Positions 1-14,349 of a stretch of DNA of 64,000 bases are shown here, in pieces. Location of the stretch: NCBI RefSeq assembly GCF_009914755.1, contig NC_060934.1; one strand, 5' to 3'. The translations under genes were made by a program, and so were the position numbers. Source of the DNA: the human T2T-CHM13v2.0 reference genome, Homo sapiens. The stretch's first letter is position 1, and each line of letters begins with the position of its first letter. The notes below the pieces were generated by a model. It was not told the DNA's origin and did no database searches. It saw only the letters and a program-made list of their open reading frames with translations.

Positions 1-324
1 CCTCATCTATTGCTTGCTGTAGGACAAGTTATCCCAACATTTAGGGGCTTAAACAACAAATATGTATTATCTCACAGTTTCTATGGGTCAGACACCTGAG
101 CATGACTTAGTTGAGTACCTATGACTTAGAGTCTCCCATGAGATTGGAGTTGAGCTGTCAGCGGGGGCTCTGGTCATCTCAAGACCTCACTCGGAGAGGA
201 GCTGCTGTGGGCAGGAACCAGGTGCTTTCTGGCTCTTGGCTGGAGACATCAGTTTCTTGCCATGTGGCCCACTCCATAGGTCAGCTCACAAGGCAGTTGG
301 CTTCTCCTAGAGCAAAGGCTCCAA

Positions 325-335
325 GATAGACAGAC

Positions 336-366
<31 letters not shown>

Positions 367-486
367 CAGACAGATAGGTGATAGATAATAGGTAGACAGA
401 TAATAGATGATAGACAGAGAGATGATAGATAATAGATAGATGATTGATAATAGATGATTGATTGATAAAGATAGCTAGACAGACAG
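325..486. repeat. Compound (GATA)n/(GACA)n microsatellite with degenerate extension
   Basis: A pure gata run at about 337-364 is followed by imperfect gata/gaca/gat units. Confidence 0.95.
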
Positions 487-586
487 AGAACCAGTAAGAT
501 GGAAGTCACCATCTTCTTGTAACTGGATGTCAGAAGTGATGTCTTTCTCATCTTTGCTGTATTCTACTCATCAGAAGTGAATCATA

Positions 587-907
587 GTTGGGCATGGTGG
601 CTCACCCCTGTAATCCCAGCACTTTGGGAGGCCAAGGGCAGATTGCTTGAGGTCATGAGTTTGAGACCAGCCTGGCCAACATGGTGAAACCCCATCTCAC
701 TAAAAATACAAAAATTAGCTGCGTGTGGTGGTGGGCGCCTGTAATCCCAGCTAAGCGGGAGGCTGAGGCACGAGAATTGCTTAAACTGGACGTGGGTTGG
801 GGCACAGAGGCTGCAGTGAGCTGAGCTCACACCACTCACTCGAGCCTGGGCAACACAGCAAGACTCCATCTCAAAAAAAAAAAAGAAAGAAAAGAAAAGA
901 AAAGAAA
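587..907 (+). mobile_element. AluS element
   Basis: Dimeric Alu with A-rich linker and A/GAAAA tail. Approximate TSD agaagtgaatcat / agaagtgagtcat. Confidence 0.95.
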
Positions 908-1011
908 GAAGTGAGTCATTAGATTTGGTCCACACTCAAGGGAGAGGTACACAAGGGTGGGAACACAGCAGGGGATGGTCCCTGGAGGCCGTTTTAGAGG
1001 CTTCCTACCAC

Positions 1012-1890
1012 ATTCTCACAAATCAATGAGAAGAAACAAACAGCACAATAGAAAAACGGACAAATAATTCAGCCCACACTTTATGAAATAAAATATCGCA
1101 ATTGTCAATAAACAGAGGAAATAGTACTCATTAGTCATGGCAGAAATAAAAATGAAAACCAAGATGAAATACTTCCACATAACCAACAGACTAGCTAACA
1201 ATAAAAAGGCAGAACATACACCAAGTGTGGGCAAGGATGTGGGACAACTGGAAGTCTCATACACAGCTGGTGGGAGTATAAATTTGTATGATCACCTTAT
1301 AAAACAATTTGGCAGTATTTATTAAAGCTAAACACATATATTTTATGACCCAGCACTTCCATACCTAGAAAAATGCCTAACAAAATTGCATGTTTGTGTA
1401 CACTCAAAAGATGTGTGTAAGAAGATTCATAGCAGCTTTACTTATAATAACCAAAAACCTGAAAACCTCCCAAATGTCTGTCAACAATAGAATAGATGAA
1501 TAAATTGCAAATAATCATGCAATCAATTACAATAAAGCAACAAAAAGCGATAAACTACTGCTATATGTTAATAATATGAATGGATCTCATGAAATAACAT
1601 TAAATAAAGAAATGAGCCAGAAAAATACACATCCTGTACAATTGTATTTATATAAAACTCAGAAACTGGCCAAACGAATCCATGATGAGGGGAGTGTGGA
1701 AAGTGGTCTGTTTTTGTAGGACTCAATGACTGCGAGGGATCAAGGTGGAAGGGACTAGGGACCTGGTAATGTCCTGTTTTCTTGATACAGTGATACGGGC
1801 CATTAACTTTGTGAAAATTCAATGGCTATATACACTTATGATTAATGCACTCTTCTGTATGCATATATTTCAATAAAATTTTTCCTAAAA
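1012..1890 (+). mobile_element. Old L1M (L1MC/L1ME-like) 3' end
   Basis: ccaagtgtgggcaaggatgtgggacaactggaa..gctggtgggagtataaat and tatgacccagcacttccat, ending aataaaa plus an A-rich tail. Confidence 0.85.
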
Positions 1891-2039
1891 AAAACTTTTT
1901 GACAAACTTTCTGCTGTGCTATTCAGAATGGCACCTGTGAATAAACTTACTAATAAATAAATTTATTTAAAACTGAAAATATATCCATTGATGCTAGGTC
2001 CTAAGTTCTAGTTCTTAAGGCCCTAAGTATTAAGATTTA

Positions 2040-2534
<495 letters not shown>

Positions 2535-2692
2535 TTATAAAAGATTTAGATGTTTTATTTTCTCCATTGACATTTATTACGTACAAATTATTTGACACCC
2601 AATAGTTTGTAGCTCTTTATCCAGGACCCATGTTCTCAAATCTGCAGAATCAGGACACCGGTGTTTTGCATGGTGGTATCATGAGATATCAC

Positions 2693-2799
2693 TGTGTGTG
2701 TATGCGTGTAGATGTGTGTGTATATATGTATGTGTACATGTGTGTATGTGTGAATACATGTGTGTATGTGCATGTGTGTGTGTGTGTGTGTGTGTGTGT
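2693..2799. repeat. Imperfect (TG)n/(TA)n alternating purine-pyrimidine microsatellite
   Basis: About 105 bp of tgtgtg/tatg units ending in a pure (TG) run. Confidence 0.95.
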
Positions 2800-3128
2800 T
2801 GATGGGGTTCAGAAGAAACTGGTGCTGGGAGGGTTTTATGGAAACAGGTACAGGTGGGGAATAAGACAAGGAGACCCAGAAAAGGAGAGATTTAGGAGAG
2901 AAGGAAGACTTGAGAGATTTCTTAGCCATATGTTGAAATTTCAAATACACTATCATGTTGATACTCGCATGCAAAACACATGTCCTGATTCTGCAGGTTT
3001 GGGAATATGGGTCCTGGATAAGGAGCTACAAACTATTCGGTGTCACATAACTTGTAGGTAATAAATATTAATGTAGAAAATAAAACATCTACATATTTCA
3101 TAAACCTTTTTTTTCTGTGAAAAAGTGA

Positions 3129-3521
<393 letters not shown>

Positions 3522-3965
3522 CTGAAATGGATCTTAAGAGTCATGTAATCTTACTCCAAAGTTGAATCTTAAATTCCTCTTTCATAAACTTCTGAAAGGG
3601 AGGTTTTAGTGAAGAAACAATGAGAGTAATTGACAGCATAGATTCATACATGTGTGATAGGACACTTGGTCCCTCAAGAGTACCTAATTTAACCATTTGC
3701 ATCCACTCTCTTTTTTCTCTAACATGGTATTAGACTGGTTTTTCCATGAGATTTGAGGGTCCATATTGTTTTATAACCTCAGCACTGAAGAACTGTAAAC
3801 AAACGTGCATGCATACTGAATAGCTGTATTCGGTACCTTTAGGAGCAGTAAATCTTGTGGTTTTAAGCACTTTAAGTTATAGCTACTGAACAGCAAACAC
3901 CCCATTGGCCATGCCAGGGAAGCTAGTGCTCTTCCAGAAAGCAAACTTTGAAAAGGTCTTCTTAC

Positions 3966-4164
3966 TCTATACCACCACCAACTCTCCGCTAACCTCCAAG
4001 CCTCCTTTTCATACTAAATGTGTATCCCTGTCTCTGAAGCCATGGTGACACACAAATGATGAGAGTTGCTAAGTGGATATCTTCACCTTTGTTCTTCTTT
4101 TTCCAACTTCACTGAAAACTCTGCTTCAATATGAAAGCTTTCTACATGCATCCAACATAGAAAT
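3966..4164 (-). ncRNA. Candidate 199-nt minus-strand exon (could instead be a longer terminal exon)
   Basis: Acceptor with a tract of about 30 nt, mostly T, then cag|ATTTCT; possible donor AGA|gtaaga. Based on splice signals only. Confidence 0.35.
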
Positions 4165-6119
4165 CTGAAAAAAAAAAAAAAAAAGAAAAAACAAAAACCT
4201 ACTCTTTCTTTGTGCATCACTTAAAGATCTATGTAAATGCTTCCTAGTGAGGAATACCTACTTTTGTTTAAGATTTGAAATCATTAGTTTTAAATTAGAA
4301 TTAAAGTTTGACATCAAGCAGTAGGCATTGATGGTAGAAAATTGATCAGTCTCAGGAAACTACTAAATGGTGGATTAAATACATACATGGTACAGAGTAT
4401 ATCCTGTGTACTGTCTAGTACATTAAATGTATGTTTCTTGGGCATTGCACATAGATATTTAAAAACAATGATTTTCTCATAAACTCTCCTGTACCAAGGA
4501 CTTGCTTTCTTCAAAGGTGAAAAACAGATGCATGAGTGCCGTATTTGAATGCAAACCTCATAGACTAGTAGACTGTGATGGAGTCACAGTGTCATATCCA
4601 GTTGGATGGACCTTTTCTAATAGTTTCCATTTTTATCAAAAGCAAAATGAAAGCTATTTTCAATGCAGAAGCAAATTCTAAACAACACCCACCAGAATTA
4701 GCGAAGCAACATTTCATCAGAAAATCACCTGCAGAATTTAGAATGCAATTTAGAATTACTAATTAGTGTGTTAAATGGATATATTCAGAAAGTGTGGAGG
4801 GGATGAGTCAACACTTCTGAAAGAACCTTAATTTCAGAATTTCCTGAGTGAGTGCCCCAAATTATAAGCCTACCCACACATTAGTACATGGGTTAGAGAA
4901 GTCGGCTCACCCAGACATTTGTTGTGTGCATAATTTTAAAAAGAATAAATACTACTTTGGAAACTGCTCTGGTTCATTTTGCCAAAAGTAACACCCTTTC
5001 TGGGCACAATGCCACTAGATACTCACCCTGCTTTCTTTGTGTCTGCGGGACCCTAAAACATTGTTTGCAATTTTATCAAAGGATTCATTGGATCAGAGGA
5101 AAATCAGAGAGAACGTATTGTCCATTAAAATGTAGAAAGGTGGGTCTAAGATGCCTTAGAAGAAAGTAAGCTTTTATCATAACACATTGTTTACCTTTTC
5201 GTTATTTTAAACTTGAATCCTATTATTTCACCATCTCTACTGTCACCCAGCCATCATTTCTTATCAACTCTTAACTGGGCTGTTGCAGTGTCTCCTTCCA
5301 TGGCCTCCTGGTCTTCAACCTGGCTCAATACAGCCCAGTTTCCATTCAACAGCCAGCATGAGCTTTCTAGAGCTGCCTGGACAGCTGAGGCTCTGCAAGT
5401 GGGAGAGGTGATCGCATACCCAGAGGAGGTGCCCATCCCTATGAGGACAAACCTCCAGCCCCTCCAAGACGGGAAGAGCCAATAGAGTCAACTCACTGCT
5501 ACAGCATCTGTTGGTCCCCTGGGGAACCGTGCCATGGTAAGGGCTCAGTGCTGGTGTCTGTTGCTGACAAGCTGGGCATTCCCTCCAAAACAGCAGTAGT
5601 GAAACAGACCTTGGTGAGTGAAGCACATGCTGCTGGGCTCATTGGTAACCTCTGTCTTTGCCACCAAGGCCATGATGCTCATGGGCCTATCATGGCAGCT
5701 CTGGGTGGCTGGTGATAAAGCTGACAAATGTCAACCAGTCAAGTCGTTTTATCTACGTGGTTACTCAGTGCCATTTCCATGGTGGGTGGATGCTTTCTGG
5801 GCATTCATACATGATACCAACATTTTCATGCTTTGTGCCAACTCCCATTTTCTTATGCACATGTCCCTCCTCCAGAACCCCTTGTCCCAATCATTTAGCG
5901 CACTTCCTTCTATGCCACCATCCAGAGATCTGAATGTATTCTCACTTCTGGCAATTTCAGGTGTGCTGCTGAAAGGTTTGCCCATTGGGAGAACATTTTT
6001 TTTCCACCATCCAATCACCCATGAATGTGGCTATAATGCAACTCCTGTTCATTTTTGGCTTGCCCCCACATACTGAACCAAGTCATCTATAGACCAACTT
6101 TGAAACTTTCTCTTTTCTT

Positions 6120-6415
6120 TCTTTCTTACTTTTCTTTTTTTTTGATGGAGTCTCACTCTGTCGCCAGGCTGGAGTTCAGTGGCACGATCTCAGCTTACTG
6201 CAACCTCTGCCTACAGGGTTGAAGTGATTCTCCTGACTCAGCTTCCCAAGTAGCTGGGACTGCAGGTGCACGCCACCACACCCAGCTGATTTTTGTATTT
6301 TTAGTATTTTTGTATTTTAGTATTTTAGTATTTTGTATTTTTACCATGTTGGCCAGGATGGTCTCCTCGGCCTCCCAAAGTCCTGGGATTACAGGCATGA
6401 GCCACCGCGCCCAGC
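6120..6415 (-). mobile_element. AluS element with internal deletions and an expanded linker
   Basis: Reverse Alu with 19-bp TSD tgaaactttctcttttctt (6101-6119 and 6416-6434) and repeated gtatttt(t)a units at 6295-6342. Confidence 0.93.
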
Positions 6416-6434
6416 TGAAACTTTCTCTTTTCTT

Positions 6435-6641
6435 AAGAGACAGAGTCTCTCTCTGTGGCCCAGACTAAAGTGCAGAAGTGCAATCATAGCTCACTGCAGC
6501 CTCCAACTCCTGGGCTCAGGCAATCTTCCCTCCTCAGCCTCCTGAGTAGCTAGGACTGTAGATATGCACCACCATGCCCAGTTTATTAAAAAAAAATTTT
6601 TTTTGTAGAGATCGGGTCTTGCTATGTTGCTCAGGCTGGTC
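6435..6641 (-). mobile_element. AluJ element, 5'-truncated
   Basis: AluJ-type atcatagctcactgcagcctccaactcctgggctca; ends at caggctggtc. Confidence 0.9.
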
Positions 6642-7616
6642 ATCAACCTTGAACGTTTAAACATTTTCCTCCTCCTCGAGCTGGTCATAGGGAGTAAGTG
6701 CACTAGTGCAACTGCAGTGAGTGACATGGGGGTTTGGGCTACCTGCTCGTGCAACTGACATGTGCCTGCTGGCCTTGCTCTAATTTGATCCCAGATGCTC
6801 CATTTTCATCTTAGAGTGGACTTTCTGAGCTCATTGGCTTTAGGACTTGGAAGGTTTAACAGAACGCAGTTCATAAATGGAAGTTCTAAACACATGGTCA
6901 CCCGCTGTCCCATAGCTAAGTGTTCCAATGCTATCAGGGCCCAGTGATGCACAGGGACTGATTCCCAAGGCATGTCACTCTCTGCTGAGGATGACCTGGC
7001 TTCACTTCAGAATCACAGGGGCCTGTGTTGTGATTCTTCTACTGGAGCTTGTCATAAGTTTCATACTGCATCATGCCTTCCCCACTGTCACTTCCCAAAC
7101 CATAGGATCTGCCTGATCAGATGATCCCAACAGCAGGGCTGATTGCTTCATGGCCCGGACCTGAAGCAGTGCTCTTTCCCACTCTGAGTGCTGTGCAAAC
7201 TGGCAGCCTTTTTTGTTACCTGGTACATGGGCTGGATCAGTTTTCCCAGGTTGGAATATGTGGCCACCAGATTCTAAAGTGGCTCACTAGGTACCACGCT
7301 TCTTTTCCTGCGTGAAGAATTCAAGATGTCGAAATGTGCATTTTTTTTAAAGTATATCCCAGCATGACCCTGATCAGAGGACCCCCTAAAACCTTCACTG
7401 AATTGTCCAGTGATCTTCATAGGGTTCTCTCCCACCCTCTAGAGCACAGGTGACTTTCCAAGGCCTCCAGGGCACTGCTGTTTCTTGCTCATCCTGTCCA
7501 AGCAGCATGATGTTGATAAGATGGTTGGTGTGACTGGGGAATGGTCCATACCTCTTCACACTGTGTTATGACAGAGCAGGAGGACTAATATAGCCCTCGG
7601 GAAAAACTATAAGTGA

Positions 7617-7998
<382 letters not shown>

Positions 7999-8885
7999 TC
8001 TGATACTTTTTCCTAATTGAAGTGAAGAAGAATACACTTTGCCAGCTGATGACTTTATCCCATGTAGCTGAGATTAATCTGCTTTTTCAGTAACACCAGA
8101 ATTGGCAAGCAACTTCCAGGATGGCTATAGCTTGGTTAAGCCTGTGGTGCTCTTAAGTCATTCCCCAGGACCAATATGGTTTCTCCAGGGACCAGCCTGG
8201 CAAATTAAACTGAGAAATGACAGAAACCAATGCTCCTACATCTTTCAGGTCACTAATCTCTGTCATCTGCTCAGAGTATCAGTGAATTCCATTTGGCCTT
8301 CTTAATTATAAAAAAATCTTACTCTACAGACCAGGGACACAATGTGGGATTACTCCAATAGTCAAAGGCATCGATTCCACTTATATGCTTAGGAATTGGA
8401 AAATGGCAACAGGCAAGTCCGTGGACCTAGGGGCCCACTGTGAGCTGAACTTTAGCCAGGACCGTGGTTATTACTACCTAGTTCCTGCGGGCCCCATGCT
8501 GACCAAGAGCCACAATGATATCTTGGGTCTCTGAGTACCAATGTCGACTCAGACTCTGTAGCCAATTAGTTCTTGAAGTATCTGCTTTTTCCTCCCTTTC
8601 CACAGGGTATGGTCACCTAAATAAATGGCTATAGGTCACTTTGCAGAAGAACTAGAGAAGTGTCACAGGATCTACTTGTCATGATGTTACAGGATCCTGT
8701 AGGACCTGGCTACCTCTTAGTCAAAGGGCTCCAGGTCTGAAAATTGGCTCCGGCATGGGGACCAACCACCAAATGGTAACTTGTTACTGGGGCAACTGCT
8801 TTCAGACTTTGACTCCTCCATTCTAACTTTGTTCTTCTTTTTAAATTAGAGATATCAAGTGGCACCTTGGTTGGCTGCTGTCAGG

Positions 8886-8972
8886 GGCAGTGTTCAGCAA
8901 ACTACAGTCAGATCCAGCCCATCGTGAGTTTTTGTAAATAATGTTTTATTGGAACACATTCATGCTTATTAG
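8886..8972. mobile_element. MER58-like hAT-Charlie fragment
   Basis: gcaaactac..agatccagccc..tttttgtaaataatgttttattggaacac resembles the start of MER58. Confidence 0.6.
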
Positions 8973-9264
8973 GCTCTTCATTCTTTCCCTTGCTGTCTAT
9001 GAAGGAAGCTTAGACATCTCTCCTTTGCTGAGGCTTGCCCATCATTTTTTCCTGGCTTGTAGGAGCCACTCCCATCAAATTAGTTTGTCCTATCCCCTGG
9101 GGCTTTGCTAGGGTGATAAAAACTATATCCTGAGAAAATGCTCCCAAATCAATGAATTCTTGGTTATCCAGCTTAACATTCTAGCCTCCTCAACCAAAAA
9201 CCCTCAAGTCTAACCCCAGGAGTATTTCCATGGTACTGCCAGTACATATCGGATAGTTGTCTCC

Positions 9265-10052
9265 TTTCTTTTTTCTTTTTCAACAGGGTGTCACTCTATC
9301 GCCCAGGCTGGAGTGCAGTGGCATGATCAGGACTCACTGCAGCCTCTACTTCCTGACAGAGCAGGAGTATTGCCATCTTGGACAAGCACTGTCATTTTTA
9401 AATTCACCTGAATCAAAAACCGCCTAAATCCAAAGGCATCAGCCTAATAGCTAAGGTCAGCATGACCATAAACCACAAACAACATCTCTGACCAGAAGCA
9501 TTCCAAACTCCTCCCCAACCAGAAACATGCTAGCCCTAAGATAACTCACCTCTGGCTGGGAAGATGCCAGCCCTGAGATAACCCACTTCCTGCTGGAAAG
9601 ATGTCAGCCCCAAGATAACCTTCCCTCCACCCAGAGACATTCCAACCCCGTCATAAACATCTTCCCCACACAGAAACATTCCAAGCTTGTAATAAGCCCC
9701 TCACCCTAAAACCAATATATACTCTTAGTCTGTAAGAGAAAGCGCTCCTGACCAAAATTGTCCAGAAGCCCCTCTCGGGTTTTTCTCTAAAAGAAACCTG
9801 TCTTTGACGGTTAAGCTGCATTCTGTGTTTCTTTCCTCTTTCTTTAACTCTTACACTTCCCAGGCTCAAATGATCCTCCTGCCTCAACCCCCAAGTAGCT
9901 GCACCATCATGCCCAGCTAATTTTTTTGAATTTCAGTAGAGATGAGATCTCCCTATGTTGCCCAGGATTATCTCAAACTCCTGAGCTCAAGGGATCCTCC
10001 TGCCTCAGCCTCTCAAATTGCTGCAATTACAGGCATGAGCCACCATGCCCCA
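9265..10052 (-). mobile_element. AluJ element split by an LTR insertion
   Basis: Alu sequence ...cactgcagcctctacttcc resumes as cttcccaggctcaaatgatcctcc after 9855. Confidence 0.92.
9354..9855 (+). mobile_element. Solo ERVL-class LTR (LTR32/42/47/57 group; exact family uncertain)
   Basis: TG...CA termini (tgacagagcaggag...ctcttaca), perfect 5-bp TSD cttcc, internal repeated cagccc..agataacc units. Confidence 0.88.
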
Positions 10053-10445
10053 CCATGTCTTATTTCTTTCTGTGTAGATCTCTTTCTTGCCTTACAGGGC
10101 ACACGCTGACTATATATGTGTTATCTTAGAATTTCACTCTATCAGTCTGGGAGCAGGAATGGAGATAGAGACAGGTCTCAAGGGCTGTGTCTGTGTCTTT
10201 TGGTGAGGAAGATTCTGCAGCATCTTTCAGTATGGTCAAAGTGCTAGCTCTTACTAGGGAAAGATGGGCCACCCATCCATGCCCAGAGGATGGGGGTGGG
10301 AATGTTGTAGATTCAGCATCACTAAGGACATCTCTCCAGATTTCCTGCTTAAAGGAGTGTTTAATATCTCTGGTGCTCTGAGATCCTCATAATTAGGTCT
10401 TGAGCTTGCCTTTTATTGTGCCTGCCCTTCAGCTATAGGTGGTAA

Positions 10446-10915
<470 letters not shown>

Positions 10916-11137
10916 CAATTGCACTATACTTATAAGAAGTTTCCCTCATATTTCCAAATGCAGATATCATCACACCCATCGCAGCATTTGCCCTGACAGG
11001 AACATTTTCAAGGCCCCCCTACCAGTGAAATATTAGCAGTTGGACTGCATCTTGTTACCAGGACCATACACGTGCTTCTGACCTGCCAAGTAGGTGAGTT
11101 AATTTTACAACTCCACCTTGCTGTCTGTTTTCTCAAA

Positions 11138-11152
11138 CCACTCTTGGTACCA
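11138..11152 (-). promoter_or_regulatory. Retroviral primer-binding site, tRNA-Leu type
   Basis: Minus strand reads TGGTACCAAGAGTGG 2 nt after the LTR end. This is one mismatch from TGGTACCAGGAGTGG, the complement of a tRNA-Leu 3' end (recalled). Confidence 0.8.
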
Positions 11153-11154
11153 CT

Positions 11155-11611
11155 TGTGTTAACCCAGATCCTCTGAGAAGCTGACATTGACAGGAGTAAT
11201 ATTCAAGGATTTTATTAAGGAAGATGCTTTTGAAAAGAAAATGAGGGTGAGAGCTGGAAAAGGCTGGGAAAGATGTCAGGCTAGGAGGCAAGTGTGAATC
11301 TAAGTGAAGATGAGAGGGAGAGAATGTTGGGTGGAACTGTCCTAGACTGTCATGCAGTCTAAGGAAGCTTCAACAAAGCCAGCAGGGATTCCTTGAGTTT
11401 ACATTGCCAAAAGAGGAGTTTAATGTCTCCCAGAAATGAATCTGCTTTTGTAGCCCTGCCACGCTCAGTCCTTGACAAGGGAGCAGTCTTGACCAAGTAA
11501 GGTGTGGCCCCGGCCAAAATAAAGCAATGTATCTCAAAGCATAGCATCTGGGGCACTGGTTGCACTCCTTATAGTGGGAGCTCTGCAAGCCACAATTTTA
11601 TGGCTACCATA
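11155..11611 (-). mobile_element. 5' LTR of the ERVL provirus (LTR40-like)
   Basis: Resembles recalled LTR40. On the minus strand it has AATAAA near 11212-11217, ends ..gggttaacaCA, and directly precedes the PBS. Confidence 0.78.
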
Positions 11612-11787
11612 GAAAGTCAATGTAAGTTCAATCAAAGTCCTATGTGAAATTTTTTTTTTAATTGACAAGCTAATTCTGAAATGTAAACAGAAAAGTAAAG
11701 GACCTAGCATACCTAAAATGATTCAGAAAAGGAACAAAGCTGAAGGACTTAGACAACCTAATTTCAAGACTACAGCAATCACATATA

Positions 11788-12136
11788 AGGTCATGCATTG
11801 CTTAACAATGAGGATATGTTCAGAAATATGTAGGTGATTTTGTTGTTGATTTCGTATGTGTGAACATCATAGAGTGCACTTATCAAACCTAGACAGTAGA
11901 GCCTCTTATATACCTGGGCTATAAGGTCTAGCTTATTGCTCTTAGACTACAAACCTGTTCATCATGTTACTGTACTGGATACTGTAGGCAATGGGAACAC
12001 AATGGTAAGTATTTGTTTATCTACATATACCTAAACATAAAAGAAAGTATAGTAAAAACATGGTATTATAATCTTATGGGACCACCATCCAGTATGCAGT
12101 CTGTCATTGGCAAAAATGACATACAGTGCATAACTG
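11788..12136 (+). mobile_element. Tigger3a-like TcMar-Tigger MITE
   Basis: gtcatgcattgcttaacaatgaggatatgttc ... attataatcttatgggaccacc ... gcataactg|ta; about 350 bp. Confidence 0.88.
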
Positions 12137-12208
12137 TACACATAAATTAATGAAATCAGCCTAACAGTACAGAATCCAGGAATAGACCCCTGTCTACATG
12201 GCCTATCG

Positions 12209-12412
12209 CAGGGGTGTCCAAACTTTTGGCTTCCCTGGGCCACACTGGCAGAATGTGGCAGAATTGTCTTGGGTCCCACATAAAATACACTAATTCTAAT
12301 GATAACTGATGAGCTAAAAAAAAAATTGCATAATGTTTATGAATTTTTATTGGGCTACATTCAAAGCCATCCTGGGCTGCATGCAGCCCATGGGCCATGG
12401 CTTGAACAAGTG
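12209..12412 (+). mobile_element. MER30 (hAT-Charlie)
   Basis: caggggtgtccaaacttttggcttccctgggccac ... cattcaaagccatcctgggctgcatgcagcc. Confidence 0.88.
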
Positions 12413-12717
12413 TGATCTGTTGGTTTTCAAAACAGTGCAAAGATCACTCAATAGGGAGAGAGATTCTTTTCAACAAATGATGCTGGAACAATTGGATATC
12501 GAGGTGCAAAAAATGAACTTTGATTCTTACCTCACACTACATACAAAAATTAACTCAAAATGGATCATAGATCTAAATAACAAATCAAAACTATAAAATT
12601 TCCAGATGAGGATATGGAAATTTTGTTTTCTTGTTACCTTGGGTTAGGCAAAGATTTCTAAGAACATAAAAATCACGAAGGAAAATTTTGATAAATTAAA
12701 CTTAACTGAAATTTAAG

Positions 12718-13024
12718 CAGCTGGGCTCAGTGGCTCATGCCTGTAATACCAACACTTTGGGAGGCTGAGGCGGACAGATCGCTTGAGCTCAAGAGATTAA
12801 GAGCAGCCTGGGCAACATGGTGAAACCTCCTCTCCAAAAAAAGTTAAAAAAAAAATTAGCTGGCACACACCTGTAGTCCCAGCTACTTGGGAGGCTGAGG
12901 TGGAAGGATCACTTGAGCCCAGGAGGCAGAGTTTTCAGTGAGCCGAGATTGCACCACTGCACTCCAGCCTGGGTGACAGAGCCAGACCCTGTCTGGGAAA
13001 AAAAAAAAAAAAGAAAAAGAAAGA
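12718..13024 (+). mobile_element. AluJ element
   Basis: gatcgcttgagctcaagag and ggatcacttgagcccaggagg with an A tail. Approximate TSD gaaatttaa. Confidence 0.93.
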
Positions 13025-13908
13025 AATTTAAAACTTTTGCTTTTGAAAATACACTGCGAAGACAATGAAAAGAAAATTCACAGGCAGGGAGAAAATATTT
13101 GCAAAACATATATCCAGAATATATGCATAATAGATAAAGAACTCTTACGGATCAATAATATGAAGACCACAGCCCAATTTCATTTTTTTTTAAAAAAAAG
13201 AAGGGCAAAAATTTTGAACTGATATTTCACCAAAGAAAATATATGAATGGCAAATAACATGAAAATATGTTTGATATTGATAGCCATTGGGAAATACTAA
13301 TTAGAACCACAATAAAATCCTACTACATATGCACTAGAATATCTAAAATTAAAAAGTCTAACAATACCAAGTATTGCCAAGGATGTGAAGCCACTGGAAT
13401 GCTTGTGTATTGCTAGTAAATGCAAAATGGTGCAACCACTTTGGAAAACAATTTGGCTGTTTCATATAAAGTTAAACATACAGGTGCCATTTAATCCAGC
13501 AATCTCACACCTAGGCATTTACCCAAAATAAAGGAAAATATATATTCACACAGACTAGTGAATTCATGTTCATAGCAGCTTTATTTATAGTAGCCCCAAA
13601 TTAGAATCAACCTAAATTTTGGCATATCTGCATAGTCACACAATGGAATTACTTCTCAGCAATAAAAAGGAATGAACTACCAATATACCCAACAACACAG
13701 ATAAATCTCACAACAATTATTCTAACTGAAAGAGTTCGGACACAAAAGACTATATGATTTTATTGATGTGAAATTCTAGAAAGGACAAAACTAGAGTAGC
13801 AGATCAGTGGTTCCCAGGGCCTGGAGCTGGGGGAAGGAGACTGTCAACACATGAGCACTGGGAAATGGGGGGATGATGGAAATGTTCTGTATATCATGAG
13901 GGTGGTGG

Positions 13909-14349
13909 TATAGGTGTTAAAGAAAGAGGAAAGAACACAGAAAGCAGCTCAACAGTCAAAGACAGGTTTATTTTGGGGAATAAACCTGAGAGGGGCTTCT
14001 GGCCAATTTCCGTCAGGAGCACTATCTCTTACAGACTAACAGTATATATTGGTTTTAGGGTGACGGGGCTTATCACAAGCTTGGAATGTTTCTGTGTTGG
14101 GCAGAAGTTTTTGACAGGGTTGGAATGTCTCTGGGTGGAGGGAAGGTTATCTTGGGGCTGACATCTTTCCGGCCGGAAGGGAGGTTATCTCAGGGTTGGC
14201 ATGTCTCTGGTAGGGGATGTTATTTGTGGTTTATGGTCATGCTGATCTTAGCCATTAGGCTGATGCCCTTTGGATTTAGGCAGTTTTTGATCAAGGTGAA
14301 GCTTAAAATGGCAGTGCTTGTCCAAAATGGTGATGCTCCTGCTCTGACA
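13909..14349 (-). mobile_element. Solo ERVL-class LTR, same family as 9354-9855
   Basis: Reverse complement begins tgtcagagcaggagcatcaccattttggacaagcactgcc and is colinear with 9354-9855. TSD ggtgg/ggtag. Confidence 0.88.

Larger units (their letters stand above)
8..1011 (-). mobile_element. MLT1-type MaLR LTR (ERVL-MaLR), interrupted by a GATA microsatellite and an Alu
   Basis: Reverse-strand MLT1 motifs: ggcttaaacaacaaa..tctcacagtttct, catgtggcccactccatagg, agaagtga..attctac, ending cctaccaca. Confidence 0.75.

Noticed and set aside
2630-3061. 143-aa ORF with CVCVCV
   Set aside because: It is the translation of the (TG)n microsatellite.
4020-4197. Processed pseudogene ending in poly(A)
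   Set aside because: No AATAAA upstream of the A-run, no TSD and no recognisable mRNA. A splice-acceptor reading fits better.
5315-6076. Overlapping ORFs suggesting a domesticated retroviral gene
   Set aside because: Pol similarity is scattered across frames with stops and Alu interruptions. The 152-aa + ORF is antisense to pol.
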